The notes under the pieces were generated by a model, which worked only from the letters and a program-made list of their open reading frames with translations, did not search any database and was not told where the DNA came from. A DNA stretch of 61,340 nucleotides, filler included, from Rhabdomonas costata (lineage: Eukaryota): assembly GCA_019059605.1 (NCBI GenBank). It is 11 parts of 11 records of this genome, joined end to end, with 100 filler letters (N's around TTAATTAATTAA, not from the genome) between each part and the next. Parts side by side here need not be neighbours in the genome. Positions count along the whole stretch, not along the records: positions 33,695 to 39,134 come from JAHMHO010000066.1; positions 39,235 to 44,681 come from JAHMHO010000067.1; positions 44,782 to 50,247 come from JAHMHO010000068.1; 8 more parts are not named here. One strand, written 5' to 3'. Every line of letters starts with the position of its first letter. Within the stretch, counting starts at the first letter, position 1. The position numbers and the translations under genes were made by a program. Of the stretch, positions 36,930-49,353 are shown piece after piece.

Positions 36930-38030
36930 TGTGTTTGTTAGAATGGCCAAATCAAGGAACACCACACGCATCAATCAGTCTAAAGCACACAAAGGTTTGA
37001 CGTACACAGAAGTAAACAAGGAATCAGACATTGCAGGTCTTATGTATGAGTGGTCTGGATCCAGGGCTTGCGGACGTAATATCTCTGGTTATATTCACAT
37101 ACCCGTAAGTGAGGCCACGCCAAGTCAAGTAGCCCGTCTTGGCTCGTGGTTCCAGACAAAGACGGTTGTAAATACCATGCGCGGTGTGCAGTGGGACGTG
37201 CGGAGCATAACCAGAGTATTCCAGTGAGGAGCGTTGTCCGTAACAAATTTCATCCAACACGCAGACATTTTGCCAATACGCTTAGGTTTTGAAGTTGAAT
37301 CTTGAGCACAATCGTAGGCCAGCAACCACACAAAAATGAGAAGCACAAAAAACACCAGGTCAACGAGGAAATGCGGTATTTGCTAACACCAAGCCACGCG
37401 CAGCAAAATATTCTCGGTGGGTAGCGGTTATGGACGGTCTTATGTCTGAGTGCCGTGATTGTGACCGCAAGGTTATATTTTCCTGGTGCCGCGCTGATGA
37501 GCCCACGCGGATTACAGCGGTGTCTGCAATATGTAGTTAGGCCATGAAGGCGCTCAGTGCAATCCACTGGATTTTGGAAAGAATTAATCTCAAAGCCGCG
37601 TTCCGGAAAAGTGTCCAGACAGCAAATTGTTCCGTATTTGAAGTTTTTCCGTGACTTCATTGTGCGCTTACCAATCGTGTGCCAGACGTGGATGTATTTT
37701 TTGCCAAACAATGCCTTCACAGCGAGTTATGTTACAAAGAAGTTTTGAACAAATGCGCGCCAGCGACAGATGAATGACGCAGGCCGCCGTTGCCAATATT
37801 TTTCTTGTTACGAACCTTGGATGGTCTATGAGAGTGCAGTGGATTTTACTCCAAATACAAATTTTCTCGTCTAATTGCCTTCTCGTAGGCTTCAGTTACG
37901 CGTGGAGAAGTGCTTTCAACTTCCTGATTCCTGCGGTGTGCTTGGCTTCGCCACTTCTAACAAGCAAGCGCACTTCATGTGGTGTAAGTGTGCCATTTTG
38001 CGTTTCACAGCTTTCTACTATTCCACGCTG
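36930..38030 (-). mobile_element. Highly degenerate non-LTR (LINE) reverse-transcriptase relic
   Basis: LTPHEVRLLVRSGEAKHTAGI (resembles iT.eEv...k.pG.dGi), LLAYDC (resembles KAYD), PAMSDSLFTSVYVKPL (resembles PLSP.LF..Y), in RT order, with many stops. Confidence 0.45.
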
Positions 38031-39299
38031 GTGCGTAGAAGCAATGTGAGCAAATAAACAGTACAAGCAGTAAGAATCATTGAAAAGTCTATCAAAACAC
38101 AGAAGGACTTACGATACTCAGCTCCACCGCTCAAAGCTTCACAACACCTCTTGCTCTGCACCATAAGACTCAATTAACGCAACAAAAACCACAAAAAATG
38201 CAAAAAAGATCTTCCCAAAAAAGTTCTTTGAGGCTTCGCAGCTTCAAAGAAGGCATACCGCAAGTTTTGCATGCGCTGCAACAACTCCGAACGCGCTTTT
38301 GACGGAACTGACTTCCAAAAAGTACCCTCATCTAGGTCCTCGCTAGCTCAGATTGCTTTTCGCACGGTCCTTCTGTCGCCTTGTGATTGGTTGGTAGAGC
38401 ACTCAGAAACGGTCCAGCAACCGGAACAAGAACCGCAACCTCTGCCTCACCAGCTGATGCGGGGTCGTAACGTACAGACTCAGCTTTTTGGACAACCTCT
38501 GGAACAATCCTGACCGCTTCAACCCTCCTCGTTGCTGTCACACCTTGCGACAAAACCGGCTGAACTACCTGCCTTTTCAACGACGTCCTATGGTCCTCCA
38601 ACTGCTCCTTTGCATCAATTTCGCTGGAATACATGCTGGCTGCCATGTGGCACCGCTGTCTGCAATTCGCTACCTCCTGCCACACTTTGTGCAACCATCC
38701 CCAGATTGCTTGAACTGCCTCTTCTCAACAACACTTAAGATGGGATAAGATGTGACATGAGAGGCTCAGCCTCCAACCATCTATTTTGGGCTCTCTGATT
38801 GCTTCGCAAACGCGGTTCCACCTTGGGCAACTCCTGCTCTTCCGAACAACTCGGTCTTTGCGATATCACAGTCTCTGTAAAAGTGAGCACCACTCCCAAA
38901 GTAGAAACATTGGACTCTTCTAAGCCTGATCGTGCAAACGTGGTCTTCGCTGGCTGCTCCAGCGTGCTAGCTGCCATACATGTCTTTTCTGGCGATCCTC
39001 TCCTCTGCACTAACGGTGTAATTCTTGCCCTGCCCACTCTCCATGGAGAAGGCGACCTCGCGTAACCAAACCTCTGCCACGTCCACCAACGTGCCGCCTC
39101 CGTAACTTCCCTCTCACACAACCCCCCAACCCCCNNNNNNNNNNNNNNNNNNNNNNNNNNNNNNNNNNNNNNNNNNNNTTAATTAATTAANNNNNNNNNN
39201 NNNNNNNNNNNNNNNNNNNNNNNNNNNNNNNNNNGGGTGTTGGGGATCCAAACTTCCTTCCTCTTTGGAAGCTACATCATGGGTCATGAATGGAGAGAA

Positions 39300-39650
39300 T
39301 GAGTATGGGGGTGGAACGCGTAGAAACTCGCATGGCGTCAGCATTACTGGCCGAATGCGACGTCCCGGACTGTATCTCAAACCGCAGTCATGTGGCGCCA
39401 TCATGGTTCTTGTCCGCGACAAAAGGACAGCACGATGCAAGAAGTCGTCCTACTTGCCCTTCTTAACGTGGCAACCACTTTATCCTGGAGAAGGAATGCT
39501 TGCATTGAGCAATTGCAGGCGCGGGGGCCAACTCTGGACGCTCTATTGAATACCCCAGCACGCGGCAGGGGACTGGGTGCCGGGTCGGTAGCTGGTTCGG
39601 CGGTGTGGTATTCAACCAAGGTAGTCCTCCCAAGGTAGTTCGTTCCATCA
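39300..39650 (-). mobile_element. Possible gypsy RNase H remnant
   Basis: YSIERPELAPAPAIAQCKHSF and RFEIQSGTSHSASNADAM resemble the Y...E.ELLA and f.I...G..N..ADAL motifs. Confidence 0.35.
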
Positions 39651-40492
39651 ATGCAGGTTGTCTTTCGAGGTTTTTTCTCTCTATTTTTTTTTCATGCCTT
39701 TAATATAAATCTCTCTTTTTAGCTCTTTTTGTCAATGCTTTCCCTTGCGCACCTCAAAACATGGACATCTGAACATATCGAGGTGGATAAATGTTTATGG
39801 CGAACTCAATACGTAGGATTGGGAGCAATCTATTGCACACCAAACACCAGTTTCTCCCCTGGAAAACTCCTGAAAACCCAACTTCAGACCAAAAAATGGC
39901 AAAACTTGGCTTGACAAGAGACTCAAATCATAAATCATAAGTCATATCAGATAAGGGCGAAGTTCAGGTGCTTTGGGATACTAACGAGCTTGGTGGACAA
40001 TGTTTTTGAGGGTGTGTTTTTCAGAACAAAGAGAGGTCACCGCCTTTTGTTAGATCAGTGTAGATTTTTCACCCCCCGAAAAATCTCGAAGTCCGAAAGT
40101 GTCTTATTATCATAAGGTTCCCCAAACAAAAGTGTCCACCGCGATACATAGTTGAAAAAAAACTCCGACGAGGTCACCTGTGGGCCTGGCTGGGTGGGCC
40201 CGTGGTCAGCACGGTGCGAGCCGCAGTCTGGTGGTGGGCTTGGTTTTTCCAAGCTCATTTGCGATTCGCCTCCAAAGGCGGTAGGCACAGAGAGCGTGCG
40301 AGACGGGGCGAAGGTGAATGATGTGTCATTAGCAACATGATGACAATGGGCAAATAAAAGAGCGAAGTCCCAATACCTGCACCCAACTGAGCAAGAGGCG
40401 CCCCGGGGACGCGACAGTATGGGTGTGTGGGTGAAGGGGAAAGCTTTGTCCCCTTCACAGACACACGCATGCTCAGCCCACAAAAAACACCA

Positions 40493-43400
40493 TCAAGCCA
40501 GCAACAGCTGCAGGTCAGGTGGAGGGGTGCCCGCCCGAGTCGAAGAAATTTCAGGGAAAGGGATCGGGGTCACCTCGGGGTCTGCCACTGGTCGCGCGGA
40601 CCGATCCTTAGCTGGTAAGTCAGAGGGCAGAGCTTGTTCTGGCTCCGAACCAGATAGAGCGGACGAGTCCTTAGTCTCGACCACAAATGGGGCAAGGCAG
40701 ACTCCGACCAGAGGGATCATCCCAACCCAGAACATGACCCGCAGAAGGGCATCCACCCCACCAGAGGTCACGTAACCCACCACAAAAGGACCCCTGCAAA
40801 AAATAATTGGGTGTGTGAAGCTATGGTCGATAAACAGAGCCCAGATGAGCTGCTCCCAAAGAACCCAGTGTATGCTCGACAGAAAAGAAAAACGCACAAA
40901 GTAAGCATACCACTCCACGGCCCACGGACTAGACAGAAGTCTCCCCGTTTCACTTTTGATCACAGCATCGGTTCAAGTGGGTCACTTCAGCACCTAACCA
41001 ACACTGGCAACCAGCCAAACAACGGCGACCGAATCTGGCGGGAGGGGGGAAGATAGCAATTCAGGGAATACACCCCAGCCCACAGCACGCTTCTCAGGAC
41101 ATCGGAGTGTCGGCCATGATTTGGGTCGAGGGCAGAGCGGGCCCTCAGACAGCCTCCGTGCGAGGGAACCGAGGGACAGCAGAGGGACTCACGCTGTACT
41201 AACCTTAGGCCCAGGTAGGGAAGCACCGACCACCGGAATTTGGCTGTGAACGGGGTGGGGGCAAGCGCCAAAGCAACGCGTGGAGAGAGACTAGACGGGG
41301 GTGCGTGTAAGGAAAGGAAGATGAGGTTGGAGAGTGGAAATGAACCGTACCCGGCCGCCAGGATCCGCCCGATATTGTAGCAGAATCCGCACCCTGTGCC
41401 TCGCACCTCCACAGGAAAGAGCTCCGGCAGGTAATACGTGAAGCTCGCAAAGATCCCCGAAGCAAAGACCCTGCCAACCACACAGAAAGTGCACTCATCC
41501 GACAACAGGCCGCATCTGAGTCCGTTCAGTTCTATCGAATGACCATTGAATGTCGTGCTTAGTATTGCTCAGTACGTTTTTCGACTGTACACCCAGATTA
41601 CAAGATCACATACCCTGTAAGAGCACCATGCGATCTAAGAAGCATTATCAAAGAACCAAGTAGGACCACACCCGCCGCATTACCCAAGACCCACTGTGAT
41701 GGAGTTAGCTTCCGTCAGGAACCTTTTTAACTGCTCAACAATCAAAAATTGCGCTACGAGCATATCGCGATCCGAAAAGACTTCTCATAGATTCCCAATT
41801 AAGATAACTCTGTGGGTAAAAGTTCACACCCGACGGGGAAAAGCAGCGCCAGCCGCAGCTCTGGCTGCAGCGAGGAAGGCCCAAAGCTCGCCATTATAGC
41901 CGCTGCAGAGCCCAGGAAGAAGATGAAGAACATCAGCCTCCGGCCCAACCGCACCGCCAGAACCCCGTTGAGCACCGCCCCGACAAGGCTTCCCGAGTTG
42001 AGCCAAAGGCTGGAGTAGGTCACCCAATGCTGGGTTCGTTGAACGAAGTGACCAAACAGTTGCACACGCACGCATCAACCTACTTACAGAGGTTCACGGG
42101 TTGTGCCAGTTAGAAAGATGGCTTTCACAGTAATTCTTCATAATTTTCCATCTACTCTTTGCTCCGAATAGTTTCAAACCCTTTAATATTTACACGCTGA
42201 TGTTATGAGACAACAGCGGGGGTGTCCCGAGTTGTCCAGTGTTTGTTTATTTACACGCTGATGATCTCCACGCAGCATCTCCAAGTCCCATCCATAGGTG
42301 GCAAGCGGGCTTCTAACTCCCCTTTCGGACAGACCTGTTTGAGTGACTCTGGGTTCTGCACATGTTCAGCGGCCGCGGCCCTCCCCGCCAGCTGCGACGC
42401 CAGACTTGGAACAAACGAGCCCAGCGACCACAGCGTGAGCAGGGGCACAAGCGCCATCGAAAAGCTGCACAGAAACAGACAAACTGGAAACACCACACCG
42501 CACACAACCCTACAGGAGAACAGGCAAGGTCTCGCCGCAAAATTATCATTGCCAAAAGGGCACAAGAAGGAAGAGTCAAGCGGAAAGGAGGAGAATTTCC
42601 ATGCAGAACTGGGGGTTCAGCTTGAAAATGGAAGTTATTCTAATCATCCGCGAATGCCAGAGACAGGAGAAAAAGCAGCAGAAACTTTGCACGCGGTCCG
42701 ACCTTAACACTGCAACCCAACCTTTGAGTTCATTCCTCAGGGGTGAAACCGCAGCGGTGTCCCTCAATCGGCTCACTCCCGCCTTTCGGTTTCGCAATTG
42801 AATACCGCCCAATTAAATATTGGATTATTGTTTAAGTGGTACAGACGTGTGTATCAATGGTATGCGCATATCGCATATCGAAAAGCGAGAAGTGCACCCG
42901 CTCAGCGTCCTCTTCCGGAGATCAGGCCGGAAAAGCGCAGGAAACCGCCTCAGCTCTTCCCCGGCCTTCCGCAATGCCGCCCCGCACCGCTGCCCACAAC
43001 TCTGCTTTGGGATGCACCGCTCGGGCGGAACCCGCACCGCAACGCTAGACGAGGGCTGCTGCAGCTGCTGCTCCGATGGATGGGCCTGGGTCGCCACCAC
43101 CCAGGCCTTGGGCTCGCGCACCCCCAGCCGCACCAAAAACGCCACTGCAGCGGGCAGCAGCCCCACCAGAAACACGAATCTCCACGAGGTGCCCGGGCTG
43201 CTAGACAGGGACTGAGGAGACAGAGGTACCGGGAAGGGGGTTCTTGGGCTCAGTCAGGCAAGAGCCCTTTCCACGCCTGGTCCCGTTTAAGAAGTTTTAC
43301 AAAGCCTTTCACCTATTTCTTCTGCTTTTCCGCCTCGCCCCTCTCTTTTTCAGCAAAAGGAGCGAAAATGCCGCAGAGAGTGCTGGCGCGGGAGGTCGGG

Positions 43401-44527
43401 ATCCCGACCCAATCCTTGGTGATGTCACTGAACGGGGTCGACTCTAACCCCAAAAGAGAGAAGATTCACCACTAGAATTGTGACCCTCCCACATATTGAA
43501 CAAAAACATTACTCAAATGACTTACTACATCCTGTACAAAAAACTGACCCAAGCCCACGGGAGAAGGAAAGAGAGTGCAGCGATGCAGCAATCAACAAAG
43601 CGCGGTGACTCCAACAACGCCGTCACGTCACCTGAGTCACCGCCAAGTTCACCAGCGCGCTCAGGATCAGACCCACCGGTGCGGCAGAACTCAGAAACAC
43701 CCCAGCGGCCACCCTGTGGTCCACGGGCATCACCTCCGCCACCAGCGTCGACCCCGCGGCCCACTCCCCCCCAATGCCCACGGAGGACACCACCCGAAAA
43801 AGCACAAACACCCCCATGTTGGGCGCCCCAGCACACGCCGCGGTGCCCAGGGAGTACAGGATCATCGTCAGCAGCAGGGCCCTGCTGCGGCCGACCCAAT
43901 CGGCAAAAATCCTTTTGTGAGTTGTTGCGCAACACTGCGGGCAACGATGTAATGATGGCGATGCTTATGGGAGTTGATCCAAGGGAATGTCTGCCTATGG
44001 GAGTATCGTCTCACAGAAACAGCACAGATGCAGCTGAAATTGCAAACGGTAATACTGCCGTGAATTTTCAGGCATGATGCACCAAGTAAGAGACTATCAC
44101 ATTCCAACAGTGACGAGAGGAACGCAAACCTAGGGAAACAAACAATGCAAATGCGTGCGAGCGACCAAAGGCACGGTGTATTGAGGAAAAATAAATCAAC
44201 CGTAGCGGAGCAAGAAAGAAGAAACAGAAATTGTCAAAAAGGACAAAGAAAGGTTAATGTGCAGCAGAAAATGGGAAAACGGGCCTAAGTCACGGGAGAA
44301 AGAGCAGCGGAAGGAAAGTTGCAGCACTGTTTTGCTCATTTAAGAGAGAAAACATTGCGAGAGAGTGCCGGACCCCAAAATGCAGCCTCCAAAGGCCCAC
44401 GAGATCAGCAGCACAGAAGACAGGATGCCCGTCCACCGCACCGTTGCCGCGGCAGCCTCAGGGGTGCCCAAAGGGATCCCGAGCAGGGAAGGCACGCAAT
44501 TGGGCGCCACGTTGTTGAACAGATACG
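40493..44527 (-). CDS. Major facilitator superfamily transporter, 6 exons recovered, 5' end uncertain
   Basis: Spliced: GGCILGIFADWVGRSRAL (motif A), LFRVVSSVGIGGEW..GSTLVAEVMP, WRFVFLVG, LAVRLGRR, YLPELFPVEVRGTGCGFCYNIGRI, VETK. Confidence 0.92.
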
Positions 44528-46806
44528 CTAGGAGGCAAATCAGGGACACAGCTTCGTTTGTCTGGCCGAAAGGAGACGTCGCTATGGGGCCGAGCAACAG
44601 GGACGCCATGCCACCCAACTCCAGAGGAGATTTTGCGGGCTGGGTAATGCACGGTTGACGTCAAAGCTGGACACAACACCCNNNNNNNNNNNNNNNNNNN
44701 NNNNNNNNNNNNNNNNNNNNNNNNNTTAATTAATTAANNNNNNNNNNNNNNNNNNNNNNNNNNNNNNNNNNNNNNNNNNNNGGGGCTATGTCTCAAGATT
44801 TTGATTGTTTTTGTTCAGCTGCCAGTTTTCATGCGACCTAACTACCCAACGACTTCATATGGCAGCAGCTGCGCAACTCAACGTACCCTTATTTCTCCTC
44901 TCTCGTGCGCAACTAACGGTTTTCTTTTTCGCTTGGTTTGCTAACGCCATTCTACAACCAATGACATCCGTCGCTGTCATGGCAACCATACCGCACTACC
45001 GTGCTGGAAACCTCTGTTGTGTCCACCGTGCTCACCTACCGACTAGTCTAGTTAGCTTGACCTTGGTGTAGGAAACTCCAAATTGTTCTACATTTACCCC
45101 CCACAAATAATCATCACCACCCACTTTCGCACAATGCCAGCACCGCACTTTGCCAATATATACACACACCAACTCAGCCTGTCACTCTTCACACTTTTTT
45201 TGTTGCATTCAAGAAGCTTTTCTTGTTGCTCTCAAGACGCTTCTCTGCCATTGTTTGCCTCTCTTATTACCACCTGTCGTGCACCTTTGTGCACCGCAGA
45301 CACACTACATTCCCAACCAGACGACCAAGTGGTAAAGTTCATGAACGGGTAAACCAAGAGGCTCGTCCTCCTACCAAAACTTTTGTATTCCCCGTCTCGA
45401 GGAAGCTGGGGAAGTCCACTTTTGACGGCTGCCCAGGAGGAAAGCCGCAACCCCGGGTAACGGGACCTGCCCCACCACAACACTATGCAGTACCTGCACT
45501 GGTGGATGTGAACCGGTACCGGTAGCGAGTAGAAGGCAAGTGTAACGTTTTACCTCTGGATAGAGTCACCCGTTCAGCGACACCGCACACACCGTGCCAA
45601 CCGTGTTTTTTCTGGTGCTCTTCTTTGTGCTACCATGTTAATGCTCATTTTTTCATTGTTTGTTCATCATGTTTTCAGGCACTTCACCCCACTGCTGCAC
45701 CACCATTCCGAGCGTATGTGTTTCTTTGCTTGCCTTTCTGGTCTCCTCTTTGCTTTTTGTACCGGTCAGAGTGCGGCCAACCGCCGCCAACCTGCCACCA
45801 AGCAGCAGCCCCTGCGCGCCGCAAACGGCAGTAACCACGCCCTCCAGTCAGCCCTGGACGTTGCCCGGACACAGCCCGCCTGATGCCCCTGATGATCAAG
45901 AAGACCAGCACACAAACATGCACACACACACACAAATGTACACTGCACTTGACCTCTGCACCACTTTTGCTCCACTTCTTTTGCACTTCGCACCACTTTC
46001 CCAGACTAACGGATTCTTTTGGCCACACACTAACACACCCAGTTCCTGACATTAGTCGCCCCCTACCTTTTTCCGTGGCTCCTCCGCCCCTAGTGGGTGA
46101 GGGTGCAACGGTCCTCCTAATGTCAGAAACCGATTCTTCTTCCACGGCCAAGGATCACTCCTTGCCCGGAAACACATGCCCCCACAACACGTACTTTCGC
46201 CCACATTTTCCCCCTAACAAAATTCCCTTTTTGGCCAAATGACCTTTCTGGCCATTCCCCTTGACCATTGCTACTGTATTTTCCCTGCACAACACCCGTT
46301 GCCTTTTTCGTGCTTTTCTTCCTGCATTTGGTTTCCTTATGTACCGCTTTTCACCCGCGGACCTTTTGGTCACTTGACCCTACCGGCTTGTTTTGAAATT
46401 TACTACCGCATTAAACCAAAACTAAAGGAATTCAATTGGAAACCCCATTTTGCTAGACCAAAACTTATCCCCACAAAACTACCGGATTTGACCCGAAAAC
46501 TTAGTCCAATGAATTGTTGTAAATATTTCCCATTCTTCTGATGCACTATTGCGTTCATTTTCCAAGTTTTTACACACTCTTCTCCCTCCATCAATCCAGT
46601 ATTTTCCTAATTCCGAAGTGGAACATGGAACGTGGAACGTGTGTGTGTTTTGGTTCCTTCTAAAGGTTTTGTTTTGGGATTGGGAAAGAGAGGAAGTTTC
46701 AACTAAATTTCTACCGAATCAGCAAAGTATTTTGTAAAGTAACGTAAGTATCAGTAAACCTGGCCCTGCGCCCAGTACGAGGTTCGGGAGACCGATCCCT
46801 CTCACC

Positions 46807-46824
46807 TGGTAGCTGAGGTTCGGT
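46807..46824 (+). promoter_or_regulatory. Candidate primer-binding site
   Basis: TGG starts 2 nt after a CA. The sequence is complementary to a tRNA 3' end ...CUCAGCUACCA. Confidence 0.55.
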
Positions 46825-49269
46825 GCGATTTACCGGTCTGAGCAATGTGTGTCCAAAGTTTTGTTTTTTCTGACGACTTTGATGGAAAAGGCTATATTTC
46901 GAAGATTTGTTTTATTTCTAACGCTTTTTCACTATTGTATTTCACGGAGAAGAAATTCTTTTGAAATGGAATCCCACCCCAGCGATAGAAATGAGTGCGC
47001 CACCACTCCCCGCCTTCTTCTAACGAAACTTCCGCAGTCATTTTCAGGGAGCCAATACCACTAGATTCACGTACGTGGGTCAGACTACCGCAGCCTCCCT
47101 TCAGTGTTTGCATCAGTGAGACGGGCCGACTCCAATGGAGTTGGACGCCGCCGTGCAGTCACACTCTCATGGACTTGGAGCCTGTTTGGATCTCTCGACT
47201 ACTGCTTTTACAACAAAAGGAGCAACCATAATGCCTAACATCGCAGTTGCCAGCAATTCCAGAAATTGGGACGAGCCCTTCAGAGCGCCGCCACGTGAGT
47301 CCCAGCAGGGGCCGTGAAAGAAGAGAGTCGCCATATGGGGAACAATACAGGAGAGAGTACCCCTACCGAGGAAAAGATCGAGATGAGCGGAGCCCTCCGA
47401 GACGCGCTCGACTCCAAACGAAACGTTTACAAACGAGGCCGCGATCGGGACCGATATCAGGACAGAGACAGAAGGGACTCACCTCGGGACCGACGTCCGC
47501 CATCCCGAGACAAAGTTTTTGAGCGGAGCAGCCAGAGGCTACCGTCCCCCTCTCGCCAAGACAACAAACCCGTCTCACCAAGATCCGCAAGACGACCTCC
47601 AAGCCCCAGAATGGTACCCCAGCAGGATTGTATCTGTCTACTACTGTGGCCAAGTTGGGCACTTCATCAGAGAATGTTCCCAGCGGAAGACCGAGTCACC
47701 GAGAAAGGAGGAGGTGGAGCACAGGGGGTTGGGTACCGGGTCGGTTGGAGGTGGAGATGGAGGGCGGAGTGTTGGCTTTGAGAGGTCAAACTGGTGCGGG
47801 GGATGAAATGGGCACCTGCCTCCCGAGGTGAGGTTGAGCTCCACGCTGTCCAGGATGGAGCGTGTTGTTGTGTAGATCTGGGGTGATTGTTACAATTATT
47901 GTATTAGTAAGGACGGACTACAGGGTAGAGACGAGGAGCTGGGCTTAATTCGGACGGAGTCATCTTCTGCGAAGAGGCGCCCGCGACGAAAATCCAACGG
48001 CTTTGCGTGTGTTACGCACTACCAATAAAAACCGCTTGCGTGGTTGTGTCAATGGATTATGACTAGGCGTCAGGAGAAAGCCTATCGGAGTCTCAACCTG
48101 AGCCAGGAAATGTTCGAAGTCTACTTCCCCTGCTTTTGAAAACTTTGGCTCATGTCATCAAAACGACAGCAGGACCGAGCGCGACCGCTTCACCGTGCGA
48201 TGCGGGTTGCGTCTGCGCCGGTTGTAATGCGACGTCATCGATGTTTGTTGCACCCCTTACGTCTGATGCGTCAACTCAAAAAGATTTCGATCTAACGACA
48301 GTCATCGTGCGTTGCGAGACTGCCACCCATGAGGTAACTTCGACTGACGTGCGTTACGCTGTTGTGGAACCCCCGTCCAACCGCGACACAGATTCACTGT
48401 CACGTGAGATGCGGTCAGTGCCCCTGTCAAGCGATCCAAACTTGCTGTCACGTGCGATGGGGTCAGCAGGTGAGGACAGTAACCCACCAACGACAGACCC
48501 CGACCGACGTGCGATGCGCAGTCGTGGGATCAAAGCCTGGAAGCCATCCGTCGGTGCCTCTGCTGGGAGATGCTACGCCGCTGCCACATGTGTTGCGGAC
48601 ATCGAAGCAGCACAGGAAGCCGGCGCTGAAATATCGTGTGTTGCGACCGCGCCAGTGAATGGCAGATCCTGGTCGATCTCCCAGCGTTAACTGCTAAAAA
48701 CGTTTCTACATAAATCTTGTCTTCTGTCTGTGTTACTCGTGCACCTCCACGTTCTCCCCCTTTTCTTTTGCAACCACTACCGGTTCTCTTCCCAAAGAAC
48801 TAACGCTGACAGCTTTGTTTCATGAGCGGGTTGTCCCCGACGTTGAAGTTTCCATTGAAGAAGGATCAGACCCCCCGTCTCAGAGGCCACTACTGTTCCT
48901 ACCGCTTACATTTGGAAACATGTAGTGCCCGCCCTGTTGGATTCAGGAGCTTCAGATCGCTTCATGAGCGAAGCCCTGGTCACTGAAATGCAACTACCGC
49001 GCAAGCGTCTGAAGCAGTTGATGTCAGTCAGAGTCTCTAACGTACCCACATTGGTGCGACCGGCTTTGTCCGGGTGTCCGTCTTGTGTTTCCATCAGCCA
49101 TGGCAGTCCTTCTCAACCTGGACTGTCGCCGCCGCCATCCGACGACCAAAGGATAGATCAGATGCCCCCGCAAGTAGAACAAACAATGGGACCGGCAATA
49201 TTTGAACCAGCCTCCGAATCCTCCGACTCAGCAGCAAGTAAACCTGCGCCGTCTTCCAGGGAGCAATCC

Positions 49270-49353
49270 CCTCTAGTGGTGGAGCATTCACCTCTAATGG
49301 TGGAGCATTCACCTCCAGTGAGTGAGGATACACCTCCAGTGGTGGAGCGTTCA
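49270..49353 (+). repeat. 21-bp tandem repeat x4 in the Pro-rich linker after the protease
   Basis: cctctagtggtggagcattca / cctctaatggtggagcattca / cctccagtgagtgaggataca / cctccagtggtggagcgttca. Confidence 0.9.

Noticed and set aside
49270-49353. CRISPR-like array
   Set aside because: Head-to-tail 21-bp coding repeats without spacers; no cas genes; eukaryotic context.
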